Shown here: positions 52,487-64,000 of the stretch, piece after piece
Layout: every line of letters starts with the position of its first letter
Position numbering within the stretch: position 1 is the stretch's first letter
Origin: Sarea resinae
Taxonomy: Eukaryota
DNA length: 64,000 nt
Direction of reading: 5' to 3'
Assembly (NCBI GenBank): GCA_026026165.1
Contig: JAPEUD010000028.1
Span: forward strand, 1 to 64,000
Position numbers and translations under genes: made by a program
The notes under the pieces: generated by a model
The model's input: only the letters and a program-made list of their open reading frames with translations
What the model was told of the DNA's origin: nothing
Database searches by the model: none

Positions 52487-53193
52487 TTGGCGAACTTTTC
52501 TTTCAGCTCTTGAGGTCGCATCGTTGCCTGCTAAGAGTTTTATTCACTACTGGTTCGGATGCTTGCGTGGCCGATCTACGCTTTGTTATCGCGCTTTGTT
52601 CCTGTTTTCTCACCCATCTTGTACTCCTTCAAGTGATTCGAGGCATTTTATGCTCGTCGTTGTTCGTCAGATACCCTCTCATCTTCTTCGCTCGCGCTGA
52701 GACCCCCAGGGTTGAGTCTCTCGTAAGGGAATTTCCCCTGGGGTTGAATCGCGCGAGTGGGTGGTGCCTACGACGAACGGTATACCTAGAGTGTACGCCC
52801 AAGAATCTGTCCGAATCGCCTTGCTGTTTTTGCATTTTTTCGATCGCCATGCCAGATTTCATATTTCCCTTTGTTCTTTTGGGCCAATGCATCGCGCCAC
52901 GGGTGGTGACCGGCACCGGGGCAAGGGCTTGCGGGCGATGGCGCTATGGATGGTATACCCCAGAGGCAGCGCGCCGACTGATCATTGATGGCATGTCTAT
53001 GAGTTTCCTTAGTTTGTTCCACATCGCAGTCGTCACGGACTTACTACGGTGGGATACCTTCAGAAGAGAGGAAGTTAAAGCTCGTGTATCAGCTTAGCTA
53101 TCTTACTGAAGAAAGCAGAAAGCAGAATTCTGTTCGTCATCACGACTGGTTCATTCTGCCTGCGTCTGAGATGGTGGATTGGTGTTGGTGGTA

Positions 53194-53223
53194 GTGCTGT
53201 GCTGTGCTGTGCTGTGCTGTGCT
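53194..53223 (+). repeat. (GTGCT)6 microsatellite
   Basis: Six perfect copies. Confidence 0.9.
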
Positions 53224-53788
53224 TTGCTATCTGCGATCGAATCACTACCAAAGTTGAAGTGCGTGAGGAGCCCGATTTCCTGCCTGCTTACGTGTAGTAG
53301 CATTAAGGATGAAACTCGATGAATCGATTTGGCATCGTTTGTGGGCGGATCTTCTTCTTTTCCCAGGTAATGACTTGAATTTGACTCAGACGGCGGATCA
53401 GCTTGAGAAGATGACAGAAAGGAGGCTGGGGTACGACTGGCTACTGAAATATTCTCCGTTGAGCAAGGCTATTGGCTCTTTGGAAGGTTTATACAGCTCA
53501 TAACCACAAGGACCCTTGTCTTCCTTGGCAACACACATGAAATGATGGGAAGCAGATACCTATCAACAGGTTCTCAGGAATCTATCTCTCTGGATATGAA
53601 TGACTGTCTCGACCAAGGACCCGAGCGCAAGTTAGACTGGGACAGACCAGTACTAGAATTGCTATAGGTATACAATTCCGTGACAATTAAAAGATAAGAT
53701 ATTTCCAAGCACAACGCCATAGCCGCCCCGCGTTTTGCCTTTCTACCAATACCAAAAGTGACGATTACATATAGTCCGCGAGGCAGTA

Positions 53789-54551
53789 TTAGCCCTTGCC
53801 ACTCAGAGCACACGATAAGCAAGTTCGTCCGTCCCTTAGCACGGCACACGTCTCGCATACCATTTTGCCGCATCCTCTGCATGCATGTTCGGTCCCTTCT
53901 GTCGTCATGTCTGTGTCGATGTCCATCATGACTAGGTCTTGAGAGGGGAAAAGGGGCGCATCGCAGTCTTCGCAAATAATGAGTGTTTGTTGTTGTTGAT
54001 GGGAATGAATGGGGTTATGAGCTTGTGATTGGAGGTGTCGGTGTGAGGAGGAATTAGGCAGGGACCAGAAAGAGTGGAGGGAGGGCTGAGGTGGTTCTCT
54101 GTGGGATGTTGATGGTGGATTTGAGAGTGACGGGACAGGAGATGCATGTGAGCGTTGTTGCGCCGAGAAGAGCTTGTGCAATGTTGCTTCTGTATGGCAA
54201 TTGTTAGCCTACGGATCTTCAGAGCTCGAAATTCGACGGTTCGGAGAGAGGAGATCTCTACATACCGTGTATAACGCTTTCACTGGGCCGATTATCCCGC
54301 CAACGCTTGCGCGTTCTGCTGTTGAGGAGCGTGCAGGATGTTAACTCTCCATCCAACTGCATAGCCATTGGTGCTGAGTAGAATTGCGCGTTGGAGGCAT
54401 CAAAGGGGCCGCTGGGTGTTGGGCTTTGCGACGGATAGCGGTTGAAATGCGATATGTCACTGGGGTTGAGGGTGCTGGTAGTGCTGGAGACGGAAGCGCA
54501 TGATTGTGGGGAGGAGAAGCTCGACGAAGAGCGCTTGCGTTTGTGCGACAT
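53789..54551 (-). CDS. Small probably nuclear protein with C-terminal Cys-rich zinc-binding region; intron 54190-54265
   Basis: Two ORF-track segments join in frame across GTATGT...CAG (VIH|EATLHKLF). N-terminal KRKR and LNSRTRKRWRDNRP. C-terminal CEDC...CRGCGKMVCETC...CLSC. Confidence 0.82.
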
Positions 54552-55231
54552 GTTGCCTTATGGGTCTTGAATCGTGGGTGTAGAGAGAGCAGAAGGATGA
54601 GATGCAGATTCAGTAGACTGTGCAATGGGGAATTGGCTGACGCGCACTCTTCTTTGGATGGTGAATTGGATCGGAGGAGTGTGTCTGCCTGCTGCCTGCC
54701 TGAGGTACCTCTAAGTACGCCTGGGAGGCTGGGACTTGGGCGACACGATGACGCGAGCTGGACGAGACGCGCCGTGGCCAGGTCCCGGTACTTTACGCGC
54801 GGTGATACTCGCTACCTTAGTCGTACGAAGTACTTCCAGGAGCCATTGTACGAAAAAGACTCGAGTGGTAGATCCAACGCTTTCTGCGAATTGTTGACAG
54901 ATCAATATTTGGATATTGATCAAGTCTCTGCTATTTTGTTTAGAGTCGAAGAGCGCCGAATCCTGTGTCGATAGCTTTCATTCTTGGTTGAGGGCTGATT
55001 CCAGGCCATCGGGTCACACCGGCGCGAACGCGAACCTTGAGGGGCATTGCATTGCCCCACCAATACCTCATCCCGCCGTTGATAACGGCACCAAGCTGCC
55101 AATCTACCTCAGTATCAGCTGTCACCCATCTTGCTCTACACCTTGCTCCTCTCTGTGTAGATCTCATCGATCAACATCAGATTTTGATCTCTCTCACCTC
55201 TCACTTCTTACCAGATTAGAACTCCATCTCC

Positions 55232-56442
55232 ATGGTTCGAAGAGAAGCCAGTCACGCCGGGTCGTGGTACTCGGATGACAAGCTCACCCTCTCGTCGCAA
55301 CTAGACCAATGGCTAGATCAAGTGCCGGACAGCATTGAAGGTGTTGGACCTCTCCCACCAGCGGGTGCAAGGGTCATCATCGCACCGTAAGCTGGCTTTG
55401 AACTTGCTCCGTTCAAGAGTAGCAGGCTCAGTAACGGGAACAGACACGCGGGATACGCTTATTCGGGCCCGCCCGCCGCATGGGCATATAAATCTCTCGA
55501 CCTCTCCAAAGCGTCAGCTCTTCTCTGTGAACACCCCATTGAGAGAGCGTGGCGTGATGCAAAGCTAGCGAGGCAGACAAACCTTGACAGAGAATGAAAC
55601 TTACCAGCTTTCTGTCTTTGTAGGAAACGCATCTTCCTCCTCGGTCCGTCCCATCATATTTATCTCACTGGCTGTGCGCTCTCTCAATGCAGCACCTACG
55701 AGACCCCGCTTGGCGATCTCCCGATCGACAGATCTACGATAGCGGAGCTGGAAGCAACTGGTCAATTTTCGAAAATGACCCGCTCCGTAGACGAAGACGA
55801 GCACAGCCTTGAGATGCATCTACCTTACATCTACAAAGTCCTCTCGAGGTAAGTGAAGCACTCGGCCGCGTTCTTTGAGAATACCTCCTCCCAGTAGCTT
55901 ACTCGCACATCCTCAGGTCATTCCCAAACCCTTCTGAATTTCCCCCCTTAACCCCCATCCTCGTCGGCTCCACGAACCCAAGCACCGAACGCACCATCGG
56001 CGGCATCCTAGCCCCCTATCTTTCTGACCCTGGCTCCATCTTCATCATTAGCTCCGACTTCTGCCACTGGGGTCTACGCTTCAGCTACACATACTACCTG
56101 CCGTCAGCCGAACCTGGGTCCGGGTACTCTCTGAAATCCAAAGACAAGCCTCCAACGGATCCCCGCATCCATGACAGCATCGGCAAACTCGATCAGTTGG
56201 CTATGGATGCCGTTGCGGGAGGAAAACATAAGGATTTCCTTGACATTCTGAAAGAGACGGGCAACACAGTCTGCGGACGCCATCCAATCGGGGTGGTTAT
56301 GGCCGCTCTAGAGCTGCTGAGCAAAGACTCGGAAGGCCAGGAGAAAGGGAGGTTCAGATTCGTGCGATATGAGAGGAGCAGCGACTGCGTAAGGGTTGGC
56401 GATAGTAGTGTCAGTTATGCCAGCGCATTTGCGGTTGTCTGA
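55232..56442 (+). CDS. MHO1: MEMO1-family protein (multi-exon)
   Basis: REASHAGSWY, RVIIAP|HAGYAYSGP, RIFLLGPSHH, DEDEHSLEMHLPY, SSDFCHWG, TGNTVCGRHPI, YERSS...DSSVSYASA. Confidence 0.92.
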
Positions 56443-57351
56443 GCATACAAGGCGGGATCGTTGGCAGCAATTTAGGGGGGTGATGCTAGGGGAATAATAG
56501 AGCTGCCACCATTTTCATACGTTTACATGCTTACTTAGATACCGATATTAACAAATCAGAGACAATTCATCTGTCACTTGTTTACGCATGCGTATCTTGT
56601 GGGACCAATTGACGATAAAGTGTAGAGATGCAATATGAGTGCTGTTCAGAACAGTCGATTGCAAAGCAGACAGTGTTTAGACCGACTGACGGGACAGAAG
56701 ACAGATAGACAAACGCCCTGCTGCAGCCTGCAGTTCGCACCCTGCAATATAGAAAGATCCTACGTTACGAATACCTCAAACCTGCAAATCTGCTTCTTGA
56801 ATATTAAACACTTACCCTTTATTTTCGGAATATAAAAATGGAACTCCCAACTCCCAGCTCTAATTCGACATATAAAATCCACACATACCAGACATGCAAC
56901 AAACAACAAAAATAGACATCGACAGCGATTGATCCCCATCAATTCTCTAGGCTGCATAGATGAAAAAAAAGACATTCTAGTCTCTTTTACTCGCCCTCCC
57001 CTTCCCTCCCTCTCTTTACCTTCTATGCGATCATAGACCATGAGAAGAACCTCGAATCCGATACAACCTGCCCCGCCAAACCAGAATCGTGGTACCACTA
57101 ACAGGAGGAAGCTTGAACTTAACCTCGCATATCGAAAGCCCAAAGAGCCTAGGCCAACCAGACCCCCTGTCCCTCCCTCTACCCCTTTCCCTGCCCTTTG
57201 CCCTTGTTTGAAAACGTGCTCGTGAGGTCAGTAAGATCGAGGTGACAGAGAAAACTTCTTACTCGAGAAACGAAGAAGGAAGCCGGGCTGGTTTCATCAA
57301 TATAAGCTGGCCCGGGGGGTGGGAGCCAGCGAACGAGGAAGCGGGAAAGGG

Positions 57352-57451
57352 GTCAGGTAAAGTTAGGTATGGTAGGGTAAGGTAAGGTAAGGCAAGGTAA
57401 GGTCAGGTAAGGTAGGGTAAGGTATGGTACGCAAGGTAAGGTAAGTAAAGG
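57352..57451 (+). repeat. Degenerate (GGTAA)n pentanucleotide satellite
   Basis: About 20 units of ggtaa/ggtag/ggtca/ggtat. Confidence 0.85.
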
Positions 57452-60111
57452 TTAATGGGTTCGTACGAATACAGCGTACACAGCGCACGACGCGGACGCC
57501 ATACGCCGCATGCGTACGTCGAGTTCGCATGGTGCAATGGATTTGATATGTCAGGTCATGGATCGATGGATCCAAGGATACATGGAATTGGATTCCAGAA
57601 GAGGCAGGCAGGTAGGTAGGTAGGTAGGGGAGGCTGGCTCGTACGATTGGCAGGGCATTCATGGATGCATACGAAATACTGCACAGTACAGTACGGAGTA
57701 CAGGTAGGATGAATTGGATCCATGTGGATGGAATGGATCGATATTGGATTCGGGCTAACGATACTCCGCGCTTTGCGTCTTTCAATGTTGATCTTATTGC
57801 TGACCTGTGTGGAGTGAATAAGGTACCCTGGAAGTAGAGTGGGACCGGGTCAATCGTGGAGAATACCTGAGAGTACTTGCGGTCAGCACCTCTTGCTAGC
57901 CCCTTAGGAGACACCTTGGGTGACGGAAGCTCTCCGCATTGAACTGTGTATCGCGCACTACTAACGCCCTACCATGTTCTCTCCCCACAATCTCCTTACA
58001 GCATGTACTCCACATTTTGAGAGCTGCGGGGCTAGGGCGGTGGCTGCTCTGGCTGGCTTGGCCCGAGATGTCAAAGAACGAGGTCATCATGTACCTGCTT
58101 TATAGCGACTCCGTTGGGCCGAGATTCTTTCTCTACTACTCGGTAGTCTTAGTCTTGCAAATGGGAAACGAGACCGAGACGACGGGAAGCAAGTACAGGG
58201 TCGTAATCGGTTAGCTACGCCTTTTCTCATCTCATCGCGAGGTAGATGTCGGCTCGATTGGAAAGAGGAGGATCAAGTCGGCAGGAGCCAAGAGAAGCAA
58301 TGATGCTGGAGACAATGGGGAGATGGAGGGCAAGGCAAGTAAGGCAACGGGGATGGAAGCAATTAGAGATCAGATGGAAGCAAGTGTCCGCTTGGTCCGA
58401 TGGGGATGCGCGACTCCGCAACTCCCTCATCTAGTGTCCGTGCATCTGGTGGATGATGGGAAAGAGGCCGCGTGACAGATGGCTGGCACGATCTTTCAGT
58501 CTTTGGTCACTTTGAATAAGGTCATGATGAAAGGGAGCACCAGCTCTCGACTTCCCATTCTGGCGCAAAGCGGATTATATGATGATGCTCGTCCGAGCTT
58601 ACGAGCTCAAGCTCTCCAAGCTTTCGACATCTTAGTCTCGGCCTCTGTAGGGCCTCTAACCGAGTCCTGTCTAGGGATGGTTTAGGGAGAGTAGCGGGGT
58701 TAGGGGGATTAGGTGTTTAGCCGGAGCGAGTAAGATCGAGCTGGATGAGGGAAGGGTCAAAGCCACGAGACGACCACCCCATGTGCGTCGTTCGGTCCTG
58801 GTCGAAGGTCCGAGGCTAGGTACTCCGTTCGAGATGGATGTACTCGGGCATGGATTCTGGATGGTAGATCTGCTGTCCTTTTGCTCTCATTCGTTTGCAG
58901 TAACGGACCGAAATCAAGTCCCGACTCTGCGACATCGTACTAGGCAGGGAGGTGCGAAGGACGGTAGCTAACCCATCAATCAATCAATCAATCTCTCTCC
59001 AGCCCGTTCATCTTTCTCCACTGCCATGCATCATCATACTACTACTCTACGTAGTACTCCCGTGGATGTAGAGCACATTCGGTAGATGAGCTGTCGCTTA
59101 CCGGTTGTGGGAGAAGAGAACCAGCCAACAAGTCATACTGTGCACACACGATACATAGTAGGGTGATGCTGTCGATCGTCGTCGAGATGGAACTGGAAGT
59201 GGAGAGCCTATTTCATCATGCATGATCTGCAATACGGCACTTGCTACAACCCGACGGTGCTGCAGGCGCGCTCGCCGGGGAAAGAAGACGGATCGGCATG
59301 ACGAGGTTGCATGCATCCATGGAGCGCATCAGACAAGACGATGATGATATGGATCCGTGACCGTCTACCTGCTGCTGTGCATATCGAGAGCCTGGACTCG
59401 ACGGGAGATCGGATTGCGCATGCTACCAATGCTGCTAACCCGCGGGAGGAACGGAGGAAAGGAGCCAGCGCGATCTGGTGGATGCCTTCATGAATGAAAG
59501 ATGCCTTGATGGATTCTTGCATAGCGAACAGAGGAGCGATTGGGTGTAGCGCTTAAGCCTTGGCGAAAGGACGGAAAACGGGGGGTGGGGGGCCTAGACC
59601 AAGTCGGTAATGCGGAGAAGAGACCGGATGGATCCCTCTCTGTGACACACGGAATGGCCAAGCGAAGGAGTCGTGCTGGTCATGTCTTACTAGATCGATG
59701 CACTTTCCGCTCGGGTGTGTGTCTGTGTTGACTCGGTAGAGGACGCGGTGTCTTGTGTCTGTACTGCGCAGCATATCTGGTAATTTGACGATTGCTCCTC
59801 CAATGGTGTTCCAATGGCGATGCCACTCATCTACGGTGGACAAGCACCGCATCTCCCAAAGCCAAGATGCTGCCCGGAGGGCGTCCGGAGGCCGCCCACG
59901 TCGGGCTACTGCAGGCCAGGTGCCTTACTCGGTCCACTCGTCATGATCACAATCATCGCAATGATCGTTCTACAGTGCTGTGCTCGGGCGGTACGGGCCT
60001 ACGGTAGACCTGCAGATTCTTCTCTGCTTGACCTTTTCAATTGCTTTTCTTCTGCAGTCCCGATGGTGTAGCTGAGGCATACCAAGTCACTGAGTGAGGT
60101 GCTCCCCTAAT

Positions 60112-60451
60112 CCCCGCTAACTCCACATCTCATTCGACGACGGTTCGTCACTCGTAGTCGTGCCATCATTCTACCCTACTCTACCGGCACTCCAGAGAGA
60201 GAGTGCGGCGTATTCGTACTCGAGTACTCTACCTCGTACTTCCCACCCCTTACCCGCACCCCCTCCCCGGCCTTCTCGAATCCTGGGGTAGAATGACGAC
60301 TAGCGAATAGCTTCGGTCTTCGCCCTTTAGCTTCGTCAGTCAAGCTTCCACTCCCCACCGGACCGGATTTACTATGCCCATCCTGTGATGAAACTAGACC
60401 CAGTCGATTGATAGTCTGCCATCCATGGATCCCCCTTCTCCGTCCCCCCGC
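60112..60451 (-). promoter_or_regulatory. Cluster of CreA/Mig1-type SYGGRG sites upstream of the acetate transporter
   Basis: CYCCRS at 60112, 60121, 60190, 60265, 60353 and 60446, all in the same orientation, 500-840 bp before the ATG. The motif is short and the region C-rich, so support is weak. Confidence 0.4.
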
Positions 60452-60951
60452 CGTTGTCTTTTGCGCCTCGGTCTGCGACGCGGCGCAACACGATGACAAA
60501 GTCGTCTCTAGCTTGTACATTATGATTATCCGCTCGCCATGCCATGCGCTGGGTGCAAAGGGCAAGGTCCAAGGTCCACAGTAGTCTGTACCTTAGTCGA
60601 CGGGTGCACAGATTCCCATTCTCACCATGACCCCATCCCATCATCTCCACACCCTATCCCTTCCCCCCCCCCCCCCCCCCCAGTCTATCATAAAACTCAG
60701 CCATGCCTCTTCTCCCAGTCCTCCATCCCTCTCTATCCCTTGCTTGTTTTTTTACTCTTCCACCCTCGTGGATCCCTATCAAGAATCCAAATCGAACAAC
60801 GATTTCATCTACTGTGGGAAGGCCGAGTCTGAAAGCGTCAAATTGGCATCACCTTCCTGTTCGCATATGACATTCTATTGAGCTTCGAGCCAGACGCATA
60901 TAAGAAGAGCTCCACCCCTCTTATCACCTATCCAAACACCAGCAAGCAATC

Positions 60952-62089
60952 ATGGACGCATCACAGCCCACCCAGGGCCGAACCGATGCCGTCGACGGCA
61001 TCAATGGCCACAACAAGGAATTCAACGAGCTTAACAACGGCAACACGACCTCGCACGACCATGCCACCAATATCGACAGCTTGGCAGCCAGCTTGACCCC
61101 CCAGCAGCGCCGCCGCATCTACGACTATGGTGGAAACCCGCTGGCACGCCTCGACACGGGCGATACTACACTGTACCCGGCCTTCGGTGGTGAGTTTCAA
61201 CCCGGTACCTATCGCCCACCGACGAAGAACATTGCCAATCCGGCCCCGCTGGGCTTGAGCGCCTTCGCCCTGACCACCTTTATCCTGTCTCTGGTCAATT
61301 GGCATACTCGTGGTGTCACGGCGCCCAACATCGTTGTCGCCTCTGCGTATGGTTATGGCGGTCTCGTCCAACTTCTTGCTGGCATGTGGTATGTTATGAA
61401 ATCACTCGTCTGTCGCTGATCACATGTTGACCTGTCTGTCTCAAACAGGGAAATGGCCGTCGGCAACACTTTTGGTGCCACAGCATTGGCTTCCTATGGC
61501 GGTTTCTGGATCTCTTTCGCTATCACCCTGACACCTGGCGGCTTTCAGATCGTGCAATCTCTTGGTGGCGAAGACACACAGTTTTACGACTCGTTTGGTT
61601 TCTATCTGATGGTGAGCCCCTGAGCCTGTCCAAAAGCACAAAGACTGGGTCAAAGTGATCAATCCAGTACAAATAAACATCTGACAATGGTCTTCAGGGC
61701 TGGTTCATCTTCACCTTCTTGCTCCTCCTGTGCACACTCCGCTCCACCCTCGCCTTCTTTTTCCTTTTCTTCACCCTCGACCTGACCTTCCTCCTACTGG
61801 GAATCGGCTATCTCCATCGAGAGAATGGCGCACCTCGCGTAAGCTGCATTAAGGCCGGCGGCATGTTTGGGCTTCTTTCTGCGTTCAGCGCGTGGTATAA
61901 TGCGCTGGCCGGTATTGCGGACCGGAGTAACAGGTCAGTCTCTTCCAGTCCAGTCGGCCCTGTTTGGTTTCAGATGTATCTGGCTAACATTCCGTTTGCA
62001 GCTTCTTCCTTATCCCTGTCGTGCATTTCCCTTGGTCAGACGTCGGTCGGGAGAGGAGGGAAAAGGCCAACAGCGTGTCGTCTGCATGA
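60952..62089 (+). CDS. ADY2: GPR1/FUN34/SatP (AceTr) family acetate transporter; exons 60952-61388, 61449-61611, 61698-61933, 62002-62089
   Basis: AFGGEFQPG and the signature NPAPLGLSAF; YGGLVQLLAGMW|EMAVGNTFGAT..SYGGFW; GWFIFT; AWYNALAG; HFPWS. Confidence 0.92.
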
Positions 62090-62519
62090 TTTCCGCATTT
62101 CCGATAAATCTTCGGCTGATGCGCGTTCTCTGTTTTTCTTTATAATGTCTCTTTTGTCACTCTTTCACAAGTATCACGGGAAAACGGAAAACGAAGCGCC
62201 GCGTGATTGGTAAATTTACCTCGAACGGGATATGCTCGTCTCGGTGCGCCACCATGGGTTTTGGTCTAGGCTGGCTGGATTGATTCTCCGGATTACCCCT
62301 GGTTCCAGGGAGGGTTGACCTGATGGAGAGTGTACAACTCCCCGTCTGTCTGTCGGTCTGTCTTTCATGTGGTCTTTCCTCGTTGGACATTGTTTGATTG
62401 CCTGATTTCCTGCGCCTGATCTGGATACGAGTCTGAACGAGTATGAATTAGTCTAAGCTGTCGTCGTGGGACTGGTCATCCCCCTTCCCGTCGCGTCGGC
62501 CGGTTGTGTAATAATCAAT

Positions 62520-63165
62520 GAATGATTCATCCATCTATTCATTTATCCATCCACCTCGTCTTCGTTATCGTTACCGTCCTTCACTCGCCACATGAGCTAG
62601 ATGCTATTTTTTTCTCTTGGAGGCGGACTGTGTACCATCCATCCCCATATCCCCATCCACGTCCACATTGCCCAATCCCGTCCACATTCATATCCACATC
62701 CACATCCCCATCCCCAATTGCCACCCACATATCCGCGTACAGTATACGGCCTGTCCTGACTCTTGAGCAAGCGATGGGCGATCCATCCATCCATCCATCC
62801 ATCCATCCAATTAATCCGCATGAAATTAATGAAAAGTTACGCCCGTTCCGTCTCTGCTCATCCCATCCCATCTATCCGCTCAGCCAGTTTGATCATGTCA
62901 GCCCTAGTATATCTCTCATATATCCCTCTCCCCCCCCCCCCCCCCCCCCTTCTACCAATCCCTCCTATACCTCACCCCTAATCATTCCTCCTATGCCTCA
63001 CCCTTACGTCTATCTCATCCCTTTCATATTCCCTAACACGCGTTCTCTAGCGAAGCCAAAAAAAAATACCAAAAATCAGATGAAAATAAAATAAAATAAA
63101 AACAAAAAGCAACCACAACAGACCTTTACTGAACTTTTCCAAAAAAAGAAAAAAGAAAAAAAAGA
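62520..63165. repeat. Low-complexity tract: (CCAT)n, CCCCAT repeats, poly-C and A-rich runs
   Basis: (CCAT)n at ~62782-62808, poly-C at ~62930-62949, A-rich runs at 63058-63165. Confidence 0.8.
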
Positions 63166-64000
63166 TACTAATACGCTCGATCAAAGAAGCTCGAAAGAGT
63201 AATGAATACCTAGGTCTATTTAGGGGTGATTGATGTCTCCTAAATATCTCACGAAGTCGATTGACAGGAAGAACAAGGCTCAAGTCAAGAGTAAGGAACA
63301 AGAACAAGAATAAGACACACAAATCGACTCAACCCGATATTGAAATAAAAAAAAATGCTTCGACTCCTATCTAGCTAGCTAGCCTTTCTTTATGATGCCA
63401 GGATGATACTGGTACATCTACAATGTCGAATTGATAGACTCATACGAGATTAGACGGATAGATCCTCAAAACGAGAAGGTAGACAGTCAAGCAGTCTTAA
63501 GCTCAAGACACAACCACGAGAACAAATCGAGTAGCACAAAGCCACGGGACGTAGATGAGATTGATCGATCCTTGATTGATTGATATGATGATATCTGGTG
63601 CATTATTGCAGTCGGGACGATACAGTGTTCATGCGATTGAACACACGCACACACGTGCACGCCCCAAATAAGAAGGGTAAAAAAGCTAAATATAAAAGGG
63701 AAGGGTATCTCCTTTGCCGAGTTTTTTCTTTTCCTTCACGATCGAAGCAAGCAAAAAGGTGTAAGATGTAAATCGTTTCGGACGGTCGGTTGGTCGATTC
63801 AAATCCCTACAATGCATCGGACCCTATATGGATTGATCACATCGCATCCAGCTGTGAGAGAGCCCTAGGACACGCAGCTGCGGAAGGTCGTCGCCTTTAG
63901 ATTTCGGAGATTCCGAGACGTTCAGTAGGACCCCTCTGACACTCGCTCCTAGTAAGGAGGACGAGTCGAAAAGCTGATCCGGCTCCGCACTTCGGAGAAG

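Noticed and set aside
52474..53097. 207-aa plus-strand ORF and overlapping minus-strand ORFs
   Set aside because: Non-ATG starts, no recognisable motif and no consistent splice model. A small orphan gene cannot be excluded.
56760..60880. Many 60-180-aa ORFs in the long intergenic region
   Set aside because: Overlapping in all frames, driven by simple repeats, with no protein-like motifs.
37959..62089. Possible metabolic or secondary-metabolite gene cluster
   Set aside because: The genes are functionally unrelated housekeeping loci with no backbone enzyme or pathway regulator.
62522..63322. Pro/His/Ile-rich and Phe-rich ORFs
   Set aside because: Translations of (CCAT)n, poly-C and poly-A tracts.

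Overview
Filamentous-ascomycete (Pezizomycotina-type) nuclear DNA with two sharply different compartments. Bases 1-~27640 are an AT-rich block with the signature of RIP (repeat-induced point mutation). It resolves into a nested stack. The host is a Ty1/copia retrotransposon on the + strand (integrase-RT-RNaseH, 3' LTR 26744-27264), interrupted three times: (i) by an inverted copy of its own LTR at the window start; (ii) by a ~965-bp non-coding insertion with hairpins and a decayed tRNA-like module; (iii) by a 23-kb insertion bounded by a 12-bp direct repeat. That 23-kb insertion is a ~7-kb unclassified element with three apparent decayed ORFs, into which two complete chromodomain Ty3/gypsy elements have inserted, each with paired LTRs and an intact 5-bp TSD. 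Bases ~27640-64000 are ~50% GC euchromatin with ten genes: RAD2/XPG, PPZ-type phosphatase, LSM-domain MAK31-like, SUR7/PalI-family, a KduD-like SDR, FAB1, an EST3/TPP1-like OB-fold protein, a small Cys-rich conserved protein, MEMO1/MHO1 and an ADY2/GPR1 acetate transporter. The best novelty candidates are the unclassified 12-bp-repeat element and the tRNA-like-module insertion family. All calls were made by eye; no searches were run.
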